DNA of 64,000 nt from Minisyncoccota bacterium (GCA_041661645.1 JBAZUA010000004.1:69067-133066); one strand, 5' to 3'. Counted from the first letter of the stretch, positions 41,015 to 53,694 are shown. A program made the numbers and translations. Notes: generated by a model not told the origin, from the sequence alone.

Positions 41015-41362
41015 ATGAAAGAACGAGGAAACACAGTTCAAAGCCTTCTCATAGCCATCGGCGCGCTCGCCGTCCTCGGTTTTGTGGGCTATCTCTACAT
41101 CACCCGTGACACGACGGCATCGACAGACCTTCTGGTCGTCCAGGATTCGGGAACCGTGGGCGTTGATAGCGACCTTCTCAAGGCCCTCGGTCAGCTCAAG
41201 GCCATCAGGCTCGACACGACCATATTCAGCGACCCCGTGTTCCGCAGCTTTTTTGACTTCAGCACCCAGCTCGTGGATCAGCCAAAGGGCCGTCCAAACC
41301 CTTTCGCCCCCCTCAATGCTCCCGCCTCGACTCAGTCCTCGACGACCTCGACCTTCCGCTAG
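41015..41362 (+). CDS. T4P-associated single-TM protein (PilP-like position)
   Basis: GRPNPFAP motif; operon position. Confidence 0.6.
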   Translation: MKERGNTVQSLLIAIGALAVLGFVGYLYITRDTTASTDLLVVQDSGTVGVDSDLLKALGQLKAIRLDTTIFSDPVFRSFFDFSTQLVDQPKGRPNPFAPLNAPASTQSSTTSTFR

Positions 41363-41384
41363 TAGCTAAGCCTATTTACATTAC

Positions 41385-43100
41385 ATGAGCGTCCTAGACA
41401 TACTCGTCAAAAACGAAAAGATCAGCAGGAAAGACGTGACCTCAGTCTCGGAGGAGGTGCGGTTGACGGGCGAGTCCCTCGAGCAGGTCCTCGGCAAGCA
41501 TGGGGTGAAGGACACCGACATCCTTGATGCGAAAGGGGAGTATCTCAATATCCCCATAAAATCCCTCAAGGGACTGAGCATTCCCTTTGACGTGCTCAAG
41601 TACATTCCCGAGGAGTCGGCGACGCACTACCGCTTTGTCCCGATATCGGTCAAGCAGAACGTCCTCGAGGTGGGGGTCGTCGATCCTGACAATATCGAGG
41701 CCCGCGACGCCCTCAACTTCATTGCGTCGAAGATCAGCATGCCCTTCAAGGTCTTTCTCATATCCGAACAGGACTTCGCGGCCGCCGTCGAGCTCTACAA
41801 GGGCCTTTCGGGCGAGGTGACGCGCGCCCTCGACGAGCTCGAGACTGACATCGCCGACATCGACAGCGACGGCGGTGATAAGCCGACCACCGAGGAGAGC
41901 TCCGGCGGCAAGACCCACATCATCGAGGATGCCCCCGTCACCAAAATCGTGGCGACCATATTGCGCTACGCCGTCGAGGGCAATGCCTCTGACATTCACA
42001 TCGAGCGACTTTCAGACAAGCTGCGCGTGCGCTTCCGAGTGGACGGCGACCTTCACACCTCCCTCATACTGCCGATCAAGGTGCATGACGCTGTGATCGC
42101 TCGCATCAAGATTCTCTCGAACATGAAGCTCGACGAGAAGCGAAAGCCTCAGGACGGACGATTCTCGGCACGCATCGAGGGTCGCAAGATAGACTTCCGA
42201 GTCTCTACCTTCCCCGCATACTACGGCGAGAAGGTGGTGATGCGAATCCTCGACCAGGAGAAGGGCGTCAAATCGCTCGAGGACATCGGCTTCAGCCAGC
42301 GCAATCTCGATGCGATCCGTCGCGCCATGGGCCGACCGTACGGCCTCATCCTCATCTCGGGACCTACCGGTTCCGGAAAGTCCACGACCCTCTACTCAAT
42401 GCTCAAGGAGATGAACGACGAGACCAAGAACGTGCTCTCTCTCGAGGACCCTGTCGAGTACAACATGGAAGGCGTCTCCCAGTCTCAGGTGAGACCCGAG
42501 ATCGGCTACACCTTCGCCTCGGGACTCAGGACCACCCTCCGACAGGACCCTGACATCATCATGGTGGGAGAGATCCGAGACAAGGAGACGGCCCAGCTCG
42601 CCATCCAGGCGGCCCTCACCGGTCACCTCGTGCTCTCGACCATCCACACCAACAACGTCGTCGGCGTCGTGCCGCGACTCATCGACATGGGCGTCGATCC
42701 GTACCTTATCGCCCCGACGCTCATCCTCTCGATGGCCCAGCGACTGGTGTCCCGCATCTGCGAGGGCGGGGAGGAGATACCTGTTGAGGGCTCCATTCAG
42801 ACCATGCTCGACAAGCAGTTCGCGGACCTTCCCGAGCAGTTCCGAAAGGAGATCGTCATACCGAAGACCGTGCTCGAGCCAAAGCCGAGCGGCACCTGCC
42901 CAAACGGAACCCGCGGCCGAATGGCCATCGCTGAGGTTCTCGAGAAGGACAAGGACCTCGAGCGTGCCATCCTCGCCAATGCCGGCGAGCAGGAGATATA
43001 CAAACTCGCAAGGTCAAAGGGAATGCTCACCATGCGCGAGGATGCCATGCTCAAGGCCTTCAAGGGCGAGATCGCCTTCAGCGAGGTGAACAGGCTCTAG
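41385..43100 (+). CDS. pilB: Type IV pilus assembly ATPase PilB/GspE
   Basis: ASDIHIE, PQDGRF, GPTGSGKSTT, LEDPVEY, LRQDPDIIMVGEIRD. Confidence 0.94.
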   Translation: MSVLDILVKNEKISRKDVTSVSEEVRLTGESLEQVLGKHGVKDTDILDAKGEYLNIPIKSLKGLSIPFDVLKYIPEESATHYRFVPISVKQNVLEVGVVDPDNIEARDALNFIASKISMPFKVFLISEQDFAAAVELYKGLSGEVTRALDELETDIADIDSDGGDKPTTEESSGGKTHIIEDAPVTKIVATILRYAVEGNASDIHIERLSDKLRVRFRVDGDLHTSLILPIKVHDAVIARIKILSNMKLDEKRKPQDGRFSARIEGRKIDFRVSTFPAYYGEKVVMRILDQEKGVKSLEDIGFSQRNLDAIRRAMGRPYGLILISGPTGSGKSTTLYSMLKEMNDETKNVLSLEDPVEYNMEGVSQSQVRPEIGYTFASGLRTTLRQDPDIIMVGEIRDKETAQLAIQAALTGHLVLSTIHTNNVVGVVPRLIDMGVDPYLIAPTLILSMAQRLVSRICEGGEEIPVEGSIQTMLDKQFADLPEQFRKEIVIPKTVLEPKPSGTCPNGTRGRMAIAEVLEKDKDLERAILANAGEQEIYKLARSKGMLTMREDAMLKAFKGEIAFSEVNRL

Positions 43101-43142
43101 TCGGCCGTGCTATAATATTCCCATTACACACAGACAGATCAC

Positions 43143-43553
43143 ATGGAAAAGAAAAACATACAAGTATTCATAGTCGACGACGACAAGTTCCTCCTCGGGA
43201 TGTACTCTCTCAAGTTCTCGAATAATGGCTATGAAGTCGACACGACCCTCGGGTCTCTCGTCGCCCTCGAGAAGCTCCGCGCCGGGGCGAAGCCAGACGT
43301 CGTCCTCCTCGACATCGTCATGCCGTACATGGATGGCCTCGAGCTCCTCAAGATCATCCGCGACGAGAAGCTCGCCCCAGGCGCCGTCATCATCATGCTC
43401 ACGAACCAGAGTGCCTCTTCCGACATCGACAGGTCCCGCGAGCTCGGCGTCGACGGATACATCATAAAGGCCGCGACGATTCCGTCAGAGGTGCTGCACG
43501 AGGTCGAGAAGATCCTCGCCGCAAAGAAGCGGGGACCACAGGCGGCGGCATAG
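43143..43553 (+). CDS. Single-domain response regulator (CheY-like)
   Basis: IVDDD, LLDIVMP, MLTN, YIIKA. Confidence 0.9.
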   Translation: MEKKNIQVFIVDDDKFLLGMYSLKFSNNGYEVDTTLGSLVALEKLRAGAKPDVVLLDIVMPYMDGLELLKIIRDEKLAPGAVIIMLTNQSASSDIDRSRELGVDGYIIKAATIPSEVLHEVEKILAAKKRGPQAAA

Positions 43554-43582
43554 GTTCGGTCTAATTTCCCCTTGAAAACATC

Positions 43583-44650
43583 ATGGCACTTGATTACAAA
43601 AAAGAATTCGAGGAGCTGGTAGAGATTGTGACGAAGGAGTCGGCGTCCGACCTTCACCTCTCGAGCGGGCGATACCCGACCATTCGCGTCGGCGGATTCC
43701 TCATACCCCTCATGAATCGGGCCGTGCTGACAAGGGAGGATGCCCTCGGCTTCATGGTCGCGATACTCTCGGCCGATGACAAGGAGATATTCCTCAGGAC
43801 CAAGGAGATAGACTTTTCATACAATCACAAGGACCAAGTTAGGTTCCGCGGCAACGGCTTCTTCCAGCAGGGAGGCGTGGCCTTCGCCTTCCGCCTCATT
43901 CCGAGGAAGATCAGGACATTCTCGGAGCTCGGCCTCCCGCCGGCGCTCGAGGCGTTCACCGAAAAGAGGCAGGGATTCTTCCTCGTGGTGGGACCGGTCG
44001 GCCACGGCAAGACGACGACCCTGGCCGCAATGGTCGAGCGCATCAACGAGACCCGCGCCGAGCACATCATCACCATCGAGGACCCTATCGAGTACGTGTA
44101 CGAGCAGAAGAAGTCGATCATCGACCAGAGGGAGGTTCGCCTCGACACCAAGGACTTCTCCGCGGCGCTTCAGGGCGTTTTCAGGCAGGACGTGAACGTC
44201 ATACTGATCGGCGAGATGCGCGGCATCGAGACCATCTCGACCGCCGTCACCGCCGCCGAGACGGGACACTTGGTCCTCTCGACGCTCCACACCAACAACG
44301 CCGCCCAGACCATCAACCGAATCATAGACTCGTTCCCGGCAGGCCAACAGGACCAGATACGCATACAGCTCGCCGCCACCCTCACGGGCATATTCTCCCA
44401 ACGCCTCATTCCCCGCATATCCGGCGGACGAGTCCCTGCCTACGAGCTCCTCATATCGAATGCCGCGGTCTCGAACCTCATCCGCGAGAAGCGCGTCCAC
44501 GAGATCAACACGGTCATCGAGACGGGCGTCGAGACGGGCATGATAGACATGAACAGGTCCCTCGCCGACCTTGTGCGAAAAGGGGAGATAACGGCCGAGA
44601 GCGCCTACAGCTTCTCGCCGAATCCGTCCGTGCTGGAGCGCCTCATATAA
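43583..44650 (+). CDS. pilT: Type IV pilus retraction ATPase PilT
   Basis: SDLHL, GPVGHGKTTT, IEDPIEY, AAETGHLVLSTLHT, NLIRE. Confidence 0.94.
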   Translation: MALDYKKEFEELVEIVTKESASDLHLSSGRYPTIRVGGFLIPLMNRAVLTREDALGFMVAILSADDKEIFLRTKEIDFSYNHKDQVRFRGNGFFQQGGVAFAFRLIPRKIRTFSELGLPPALEAFTEKRQGFFLVVGPVGHGKTTTLAAMVERINETRAEHIITIEDPIEYVYEQKKSIIDQREVRLDTKDFSAALQGVFRQDVNVILIGEMRGIETISTAVTAAETGHLVLSTLHTNNAAQTINRIIDSFPAGQQDQIRIQLAATLTGIFSQRLIPRISGGRVPAYELLISNAAVSNLIREKRVHEINTVIETGVETGMIDMNRSLADLVRKGEITAESAYSFSPNPSVLERLI

Positions 44651-44661
44651 TATAGAATCAC

Positions 44662-45870
44662 ATGCTTTTCAATTACAACGCGGTAGAGCAAAGCGGGGTC
44701 GAGTCGAAGGGGTCAATCGACGCAATCTCCCTCGACGTCGCCATCTCGTCCCTTCAGAGGCGCGGCCTCACCATAAAGACCGTCGAGCCCGCAGAGAAGA
44801 CGTCCCTGTTCTCAAGGGATTTTGAAATGTTCTCCCGCGTCTCCTCCAAGGAGGTGGTGGTGCTCTCGAGGCAGCTTTCGACCCTCTTCGAGGCGCAGGT
44901 ATCGGCCCTTCGCGTCTTCAGGCTCCTCTCGGCCGAGGCGGAGAATCCTCTCCTCAGCAAGGCCCTCACCGTCATTGCCGACGACCTTCAGGCGGGCAGC
45001 TCCATATCGAAGGCCCTGGCAAAGCACCCGAAGATATTCTCCGACTTCTATGTGAACATGGTCCGCTCGGGCGAGGAGTCCGGCAAGCTCGACGAGGTGT
45101 TCATCTTCCTCGCGGACCATCTCGATCGAACCTACGAGGTTAACTCGAAGGCCAAGAACGCCCTCATCTACCCGGCCTTCGTCGTCTTCACCTTCTTCAC
45201 GGTCATGATACTCATGCTTACCGTGGTCATACCGAAGATCAGCGGCATCCTCACCGACTCGGGCCAGGCCGTGCCCCTGTACACCCAGGTCGTCATCGGC
45301 GCGTCTGGATTCCTGGTTAACTACGGCCTTTTCATAGTGATCGCCCTCATCATCGGCGCCTTCTTCCTCTTCAGGTTCACCAAGACGGAGGCGGGGAAGC
45401 TCGCCCTCGATGACCTCAAGATCCGCGTGCCCTTCGTCAAGAACCTCTACCAGAAGCTCTATCTCTCGCGCATCGCCGACAACATGAACACCATGCTCGT
45501 CTCGGGCATACCGATGGTGCGTGCCCTCGAGCTCACCGCGGGCATCGTCGGCAATCAGGTCTACAAGGACATCCTCACCGGATCGATGGATGCGGTCAAG
45601 GGAGGCAAGTCGGTCTCGGAGGCCCTTGGGAACAGCAAGGAGATACCGGGCATCATGATACAGATGATCAAGGTGGGGGAGGAGTCGGGAGAGCTCGGCA
45701 AGATCCTGAAGACCCTCTCTGCCTTCTATCGTCGCGAGGTCATAAACGCCGTGGACACCCTCGTCGACCTGATCGAGCCTGCCATGATAGTCGGCCTTGG
45801 TCTCGGCGTCGGCTTTCTGCTCGCCTCGGTGCTCATCCCTATATACAACATCTCATCGAACATCTCGTAG
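44662..45870 (+). CDS. pilC: Type IV pilus platform protein PilC/GspF
   Basis: Two T2SSF domains: GEESGKL, ALIYP, GEESGEL, LIEP. Confidence 0.94.
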   Translation: MLFNYNAVEQSGVESKGSIDAISLDVAISSLQRRGLTIKTVEPAEKTSLFSRDFEMFSRVSSKEVVVLSRQLSTLFEAQVSALRVFRLLSAEAENPLLSKALTVIADDLQAGSSISKALAKHPKIFSDFYVNMVRSGEESGKLDEVFIFLADHLDRTYEVNSKAKNALIYPAFVVFTFFTVMILMLTVVIPKISGILTDSGQAVPLYTQVVIGASGFLVNYGLFIVIALIIGAFFLFRFTKTEAGKLALDDLKIRVPFVKNLYQKLYLSRIADNMNTMLVSGIPMVRALELTAGIVGNQVYKDILTGSMDAVKGGKSVSEALGNSKEIPGIMIQMIKVGEESGELGKILKTLSAFYRREVINAVDTLVDLIEPAMIVGLGLGVGFLLASVLIPIYNISSNIS

Positions 45871-46030
45871 GCGGGCGGGGCGTTGTCCCCAAGAGGCTTG
45901 CGCTTTACGGCAGATGTTTTGTATAATAGGCAGAGCCGGCGCCTGCCCAAGTGCTTGGAACATCGAGTGTTTGAGCGGGTGCTTCCGGGATAAGTCTTAT
46001 TAGTCAATCAGTTTTCCTTAAAATTTAAGT

Positions 46031-46459
46031 ATGAAATCATCAAAAGGCTTCACATTGATCGAACTTCTCGTCGTCATCGCGATCATCGGTATCCTCTCGT
46101 CCGTCGTTCTCGCTTCCCTCAACAGCGCCCGAGCGAAGGGAGCAGACGCAGCCGTCAAGTCTAACCTCGCAAACATCCGAGCCCAGGCCGAGATCTTCTA
46201 TGACGGAACCGGAAACTCATCGTATACCGGCCTCTGTGGCGATGCGACCATCGCGAATATGATCGCCGCCGCAGGAAAGGCAAACGGTTCTTGGTCTGGA
46301 TGCACCGCTTCCACCACAAACCTTCCCGCCCAGAGCTGGGTTGCCTCAGCCGCTCTCAAAAACCCTACGGCCCCTACCGGATACTGGTGCGTCGATAGCT
46401 ATGGTGCCTCAAAGGAGTCTACCGCTACGACTACCTCAGGTCAGGTAAAGTGTAACTAG
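46031..46459 (+). CDS. Type IV pilin (probable major pilin)
   Basis: KGFTLIELLVVIAII; TATAAT at 45922 upstream; terminator at 46479-46506. Confidence 0.9.
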   Translation: MKSSKGFTLIELLVVIAIIGILSSVVLASLNSARAKGADAAVKSNLANIRAQAEIFYDGTGNSSYTGLCGDATIANMIAAAGKANGSWSGCTASTTNLPAQSWVASAALKNPTAPTGYWCVDSYGASKESTATTTSGQVKCN

Positions 46460-46565
46460 TCCCAGGACTTGTTAAGTCAAAAGACCGCCACGATGGCGGT
46501 TTTTTGCTTTTTGCTTTTCTGATATACTTATTCGCATATACTTTTAATTCCGCTCAAGCATCCCA

Positions 46566-47009
46566 ATGAAATCATCAAAAGGCTTCACCCTCATCGAACT
46601 TCTCGTGGTGATCTCCATCATCGCCCTCCTCTCGTCCGTCGTCCTGTCGGCCCTTAACAGTGCACGGGCCAAGGCTGCTGATAGCGCGGTGAAGGCCTCT
46701 CTGAAGCAGTTGGCTACCCAGGTGCAGAATTATCTGGATACCCAATCTAATCTCGGCGTGAGTGTCACCTCATGTGCGGCGTCCAACCCTACACCCCATG
46801 TTTTTAAGAGCGATGTAAAGATCGTGAGTATTCTCGCGAACATTGCCGTGAATGATGGTGCCGGGACGGTTACCTGTACCACTGATGCAACGGGGCAGAA
46901 GTGGGCTGTGAGCATCTCGGTTCTCAAGGGTGGTGGATCATGGTGTATGGATAACTCGCAGGGCTGGTTCAAGGCCGGTGCGGCACAGGTAACAGGCCTC
47001 TGTAACTAG
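46566..47009 (+). CDS. Type IV pilin, paralog
   Basis: KGFTLIELLVVISII; C-terminal WCxD..C. Confidence 0.9.
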   Translation: MKSSKGFTLIELLVVISIIALLSSVVLSALNSARAKAADSAVKASLKQLATQVQNYLDTQSNLGVSVTSCAASNPTPHVFKSDVKIVSILANIAVNDGAGTVTCTTDATGQKWAVSISVLKGGGSWCMDNSQGWFKAGAAQVTGLCN

Positions 47010-47452
47010 TGAGAATGAGAAAGAACGCCTTCACCCTCGTAGAGCTCCTCATCGTCATCGCCATCATAGGCGTGTTCACGGCGGTGCTCTTTGGGTCGAT
47101 AGCGTCCTCACGCGCGAATTCCCGTGACCACAAGCGCATCATCGACATGAAGCAGATCCAGATAGGCCTAGCCCTCTATTTCGACATCAATCGCGAGTAC
47201 CCTCGTCCCTCGCCGGCATCGGAGGCGTCCGACGTCGGCTCGCTCGCACCGCTCGTGACCCAGAGATTCCTGCCGCTCATACCGGCTGACCCGACCGTCG
47301 GCGCTACATACGAATATTTCACGTCAGGTCTGGGTCGAAAATATTGCGTCGGCGTCAAGCTCGAGAACGTGGCCGGTGCGCCGTCCGAGAACGCCTGCTC
47401 ACTCACCAAGCCTGTCGGATCGGTCGCTAACTACTGGGGGCAGAACAACTAG
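47009..47452 (+). CDS. Type IV pilin / GspG-like pseudopilin
   Basis: AFTLVELLIVIAII; RD.KR..D; IPADP. Confidence 0.85.
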   Translation: MRMRKNAFTLVELLIVIAIIGVFTAVLFGSIASSRANSRDHKRIIDMKQIQIGLALYFDINREYPRPSPASEASDVGSLAPLVTQRFLPLIPADPTVGATYEYFTSGLGRKYCVGVKLENVAGAPSENACSLTKPVGSVANYWGQNN

Positions 47453-47458
47453 ACATCG

Positions 47459-48265
47459 ATGACCCTCATCATACTCATCCTCGCGGCGTTCGGCATTATC
47501 ATCGGCAGTTTTCTCAACGTCGTCATATTGAGGTTCAATACGGGCATGTCCATAAGCAAAGGGAGGTCAAAGTGCTTCTCCTGTGACAAGACCCTGCGTT
47601 GGTATGAGCTTTTTCCTCTGGCAAGCTTCATCCTGCAGAGAGGGAGGTGTCGCGGCTGCGGCTCGCGCATCTCCTGGCAGTACCCCTTGATCGAGCTTCT
47701 CGGCGGCCTCGCCCTGCCTATCGCCTTTATCTATTCGCCACTCGTGCCAAATGTCATCCTGAGCCTGGCGCTTTTCGCCCTCACCGCCAAGCTTCTCTTC
47801 GTCTACATAGTCATCTGTGCCTATGACTTCCGCCACAAGATCATCCCCGACTTCTTCTCGTACGGGGCGGCGCTCATCGCACTCGCGGCCATTGCGCTCG
47901 AGTGGTGGGGAACTGGAGTCTTTGACTGGACGAGGCTCGTTGCCGGTCCGGCCCTGGCGGCATTCTTTTTCTTCTTCTGGGCGGTGTCGCGCGGCAGGTG
48001 GATGGGCCTTGGCGACGCCAAACTGGCCCTGTCGGTGGGATGGTTCCTCGGCCTCTCCCAGGGCATATCGGCGATATTGCTCTCGTTCTGGACCGGAACG
48101 ATCATCATGATTCCGATCATGGTCTATCAGAGGATCACCCGCAAGAAAGGCGCCCTTGGCATGGGGAGCGAGATACCCTTCGGCCCCTTCATCATCCTCG
48201 GCTTCCTCCTGTCCTTCCTTATGCACATAGACATTCAGTATCTTGCGACGCATTTGGCGGTATAA
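47459..48265 (+). CDS. pilD: Prepilin peptidase
   Basis: GSFLNVV, two CxxC, YD..HKIIPD, MGLGDAKL, IPFGPF. Confidence 0.93.
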   Translation: MTLIILILAAFGIIIGSFLNVVILRFNTGMSISKGRSKCFSCDKTLRWYELFPLASFILQRGRCRGCGSRISWQYPLIELLGGLALPIAFIYSPLVPNVILSLALFALTAKLLFVYIVICAYDFRHKIIPDFFSYGAALIALAAIALEWWGTGVFDWTRLVAGPALAAFFFFFWAVSRGRWMGLGDAKLALSVGWFLGLSQGISAILLSFWTGTIIMIPIMVYQRITRKKGALGMGSEIPFGPFIILGFLLSFLMHIDIQYLATHLAV

Positions 48266-48274
48266 TAGGGAAGC

Positions 48275-48871
48275 ATGAACAGCACATGGGCAAAAGGCTT
48301 CACCCTGGTCGAGCTCCTCGTCTCGATTGGCATATTCACCATCATCACGGCGGTGTCTGTGTTCAACTACTCCTCCTTCAACGCGAGCATCCTCCTCACC
48401 AACCTCTCCTATGAGATCGCCCTCTCGGTCAGGCAGGCGCAGTTCTATGGCATCAATGTCAGGCAGTCGACGACCGACAACAAGTTCGATTCAGGATACG
48501 GCGTCCACTTTGACGACGACTCGACGTCATACACGCTCTTCGAGGACACCAACAAGAATCATGTTTACGACAGCGGGACGGATGTCAGTCTGAATTCGTA
48601 CACCATACAGAGGGGGAACAAAGTCTCCAAGCTTTGCGTCGTGACTTCGGTGCCCCCGGTGAACTGCACGCTCACCCTGCTTGATCTCTCGTTCATCCGT
48701 CCCAATCCCGACAGCTTCATAAACAAGAATGGCATCGCGGACGACTGGAAGACCAGTGGTGCCCAGACCGCGATCATCTGCCTGACATCACCAAACAAGG
48801 TGCTGAGGAAGGTCGTCGTCGAGTCCACGGGCCAGATATCGGTGTCGACCAGCGCCCCTGAATGCATATAG
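48275..48871 (+). CDS. Minor pilin (FimT/GspH-like)
   Basis: KGFTLVELLV; YGVHF; C-terminal TGQI. Confidence 0.85.
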   Translation: MNSTWAKGFTLVELLVSIGIFTIITAVSVFNYSSFNASILLTNLSYEIALSVRQAQFYGINVRQSTTDNKFDSGYGVHFDDDSTSYTLFEDTNKNHVYDSGTDVSLNSYTIQRGNKVSKLCVVTSVPPVNCTLTLLDLSFIRPNPDSFINKNGIADDWKTSGAQTAIICLTSPNKVLRKVVVESTGQISVSTSAPECI

Positions 48872-48873
48872 CA

Positions 48874-49446
48874 ATGACCATGACCAAGTACAACATGACA
48901 CAATCCGGCGGCAAGGCATTCACCCTCATCGAGGTTATGGTGTCCGTCTCCATATTCGCCACGGTCATGCTCGTGGCCACGGGCGCCGTATTCAGCATCG
49001 TCGAGGCGAACAAGAAGGCACATTCGGTAAAGTCCGTCATGACCAATCTCAACTTTGCCCTCGAGAGCATGTCCCGCGACATACGAGTCGGGTCGAATTA
49101 CAGATGCGGCGATCCAAACACGGGCGGAGACTGCATCGATGGGGATACCAGATTCACCTTCATCGCCAATCGCGACATAAACGGGGACGCCGTCGTGAAC
49201 CTCTCCGATTGGGTGACGTACTCAAAAAGCGGCACGGGAATAGACAAAGAGACAGGTCTCGGCACCACGCGCATAACTGCCCCGGAGATACAGATAGCCA
49301 ATCTCAAGTTCTATGTGTCCGGCACCTCGGCGGGAGGCATTCAGCCAAAGGTCAACATCGTCATCCAGGGATATTCGGGCTCCTCGACGGTGAGCTCGAC
49401 CTTCAACATACAGACGACGATCTCCCAGCGACCATCAGATTCATAA
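48874..49446 (+). CDS. Minor pilin (PilW/GspJ-like)
   Basis: AFTLIEVMVS; ALESMSRDIR; QTTISQR; start uncertain. Confidence 0.85.
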   Translation: MTMTKYNMTQSGGKAFTLIEVMVSVSIFATVMLVATGAVFSIVEANKKAHSVKSVMTNLNFALESMSRDIRVGSNYRCGDPNTGGDCIDGDTRFTFIANRDINGDAVVNLSDWVTYSKSGTGIDKETGLGTTRITAPEIQIANLKFYVSGTSAGGIQPKVNIVIQGYSGSSTVSSTFNIQTTISQRPSDS

Positions 49447-49450
49447 TCAT

Positions 49451-50038
49451 ATGAGAAACACCTTTTCACCCAAAAACGCGGGGTTCACGCTTGTCGAGTC
49501 GATGGTTGCCGTCTCGATCCTTTCGGTTGCCATAACGGGACCCCTTCTCATCGCCCAGAAGGGAATCGCCTCGGCCGTATATTCCCGCGATCAGGTGACT
49601 GCCTCATATCTTGCGCAGGAAGCCGTCGAATACATCAGGAACGCCCGTGACACCAACGGCAACAACGGCTCCTCGTGGCTGAACGGCTTCGACGCCTGCG
49701 TGTCGCCGAATTTCTGCGTCATCGACGCGCGCTACCCTGATTTCACCACCGTCGATGGCTCTGGCCTGCCCCTGGCGGTCAAGGGCTGCACGGGCGTAGG
49801 CGGTATCTGTCCCAACATCTCCCTCAACAAGAGCACTTCCGGCATCGGTGCCGGTCTCTATGGATATGAATCGTCCGCCAACGGATTCACGACGACGCCC
49901 TTCGTCCGAGCGGTGTCTCTCGTTATGGTTGGCGGCGGGCAGGACCAGGCCATACTGACGGTGAGGGTGTCATGGACCACTGCACTCTTCACGCCCGTGA
50001 AGCAGTTCGTGGTCAAGGAGGTACTCTTTAACATATGA
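49451..50038 (+). CDS. Minor pilin (PilV-like)
   Basis: GFTLVESMVA; A.YLAQEAVEYIRNARD. Confidence 0.85.
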   Translation: MRNTFSPKNAGFTLVESMVAVSILSVAITGPLLIAQKGIASAVYSRDQVTASYLAQEAVEYIRNARDTNGNNGSSWLNGFDACVSPNFCVIDARYPDFTTVDGSGLPLAVKGCTGVGGICPNISLNKSTSGIGAGLYGYESSANGFTTTPFVRAVSLVMVGGGQDQAILTVRVSWTTALFTPVKQFVVKEVLFNI

Positions 50039-50580
50039 CAGACATGAACACCACCGTCACCACAAGGAAGCAGAGAGGGTTCGCCATGCTTTTCGCCGTG
50101 CTCACCTCGAGCGTGCTGCTCTCGATCGGTCTTTCCATATTCAGCCTGACCGTCAAGGAGCTCGCCCTGTCGTCGGCCGGAAAGGAATCCCAGATTGCCT
50201 TCTATGCGGCCGACAGCGGGGTCGAGTGCGCCCTGTATTGGGATATCACCAAGGCGGCATTCGCCACGTCTTCGAGTCCGCTCGCGAGCCCGACTCTTGA
50301 ATGTGCCGGACAAGACGGCTTGGCCATATCAGAGGTGAAGGGCTCTTCCGCCGCCACCACGACCTTCTCGTTTGCCCCGACCGATGTCACCCCCTATGAT
50401 TCCGTGACGCCCTGCGTCTTCGTCAGCGTCGCCAAATATGTTTCCGGCGGGTCGTCAAAGACCCAGATACAGTCCCGCGGATACAATGTGGGATATGAGA
50501 CGACCGGGCCGACTCCCGAGAACAAATGCACGGGACCGGACACCCTCAAGGTCGAGCGCGCCCTTCTCGTGAACTACTAA
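50035..50580 (+). CDS. Minor pilin (PilX-like)
   Basis: RGFAMLFAV lacking Glu5; AFYAADSGVECALY. Confidence 0.82.
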   Translation: MTDMNTTVTTRKQRGFAMLFAVLTSSVLLSIGLSIFSLTVKELALSSAGKESQIAFYAADSGVECALYWDITKAAFATSSSPLASPTLECAGQDGLAISEVKGSSAATTTFSFAPTDVTPYDSVTPCVFVSVAKYVSGGSSKTQIQSRGYNVGYETTGPTPENKCTGPDTLKVERALLVNY

Positions 50581-52651
<2,071 letters not shown>

Positions 52652-52874
52652 AAAGTTTTTATCTTCTTCGGTTGATTGTTGTAATAGCCTATAGATAGGT
52701 GTTTTTCATACATGCTCTGCCGGCAGCCGAACTGTTTTCAGGGCTTGGGTATCGCTCACGTCATGATGCTTAGTGGGAGGTGCCGACTTCGACCGAGGCG
52801 ACTCGGAAGAAATACCACGCATCAAACCCTCTCGCGATGTTCGGATGTAGCGAACAGGGTGGGATTACAACACC

Positions 52875-52903
52875 GCATAAAGCCGCCTGTCAGGCGGCTT
52901 TAT
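52875..52903. terminator. Hairpin/terminator
   Basis: cataaagccgcc-tgtca-ggcggctttatg. Confidence 0.65.
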
Positions 52904-52959
52904 GTTCTCTTTAGGATATTTTCAGCCTTCTTTCATCACTGTTTTGTTATGGTGTGTCG

Positions 52960-53688
52960 ATGGAAATAGAGTCTTTCGGTTTAAGATTATCGGATTACGA
53001 TAAAATATGGAGTAAATTCTGCTTTCTCGATGAGACGGGTAGTTTGGCTGACTGGAAAGACCCATATTTTACGCTCGGTATACTCAAGATGAGTCAGCCT
53101 TACTATCTTCAGAGCAAGATATCCTATGAACGTAATAGGAGAAATTTTCATGATGAGTTGAAGTTCAATAAATTATCGAGACTCAATATTGATTTTGCCA
53201 AATGGGTTTTGAATTCACTGTTCGAGACTAGGAGTATCAATTTTTACTCTCTCACGATAAGAAAGGGTGGCGCATACTTTATGGACAATCTCAATTCAGA
53301 CCAGTGGAGTGCATATGAAAATCTTACGATTAGATTGCTCGATATGGCGCTTGGGAATAGTGAAATCCTCATACTCATCGCCGACCACATCACCGTGCCC
53401 AAAGAGATTAAGTTTGAAGTTAATACCAAGAAGAATTTCAATACGCTGCAAAATAGGTTTGCTCTTGCTGGAGTTTGTCGATTCGATTCAAAATCGAATG
53501 ACCTCCTCCAGGTAGTTGATTTATTGATCGGTGCGATTACCTATGATGTAAAGTACACAAACGCTATCGTCTCAGGGTCGCGGTATAAGATTGAGCTCGT
53601 AGACTTTCTGAAGAAATTATTAGGAGTAGATACGTTTGAAGGTGGCTTTCGTGGTGAGAAATTTTGGATTTCTCTCGAAGAGGTTTAG
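52960..53688 (+). CDS. DUF3800-family protein
   Basis: FLDETG, ELKF, DSKSNDLLQVVDLLIG; low GC; start uncertain. Confidence 0.8.
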   Translation: MEIESFGLRLSDYDKIWSKFCFLDETGSLADWKDPYFTLGILKMSQPYYLQSKISYERNRRNFHDELKFNKLSRLNIDFAKWVLNSLFETRSINFYSLTIRKGGAYFMDNLNSDQWSAYENLTIRLLDMALGNSEILILIADHITVPKEIKFEVNTKKNFNTLQNRFALAGVCRFDSKSNDLLQVVDLLIGAITYDVKYTNAIVSGSRYKIELVDFLKKLLGVDTFEGGFRGEKFWISLEEV

Positions 53689-53694
53689 GCAAAT

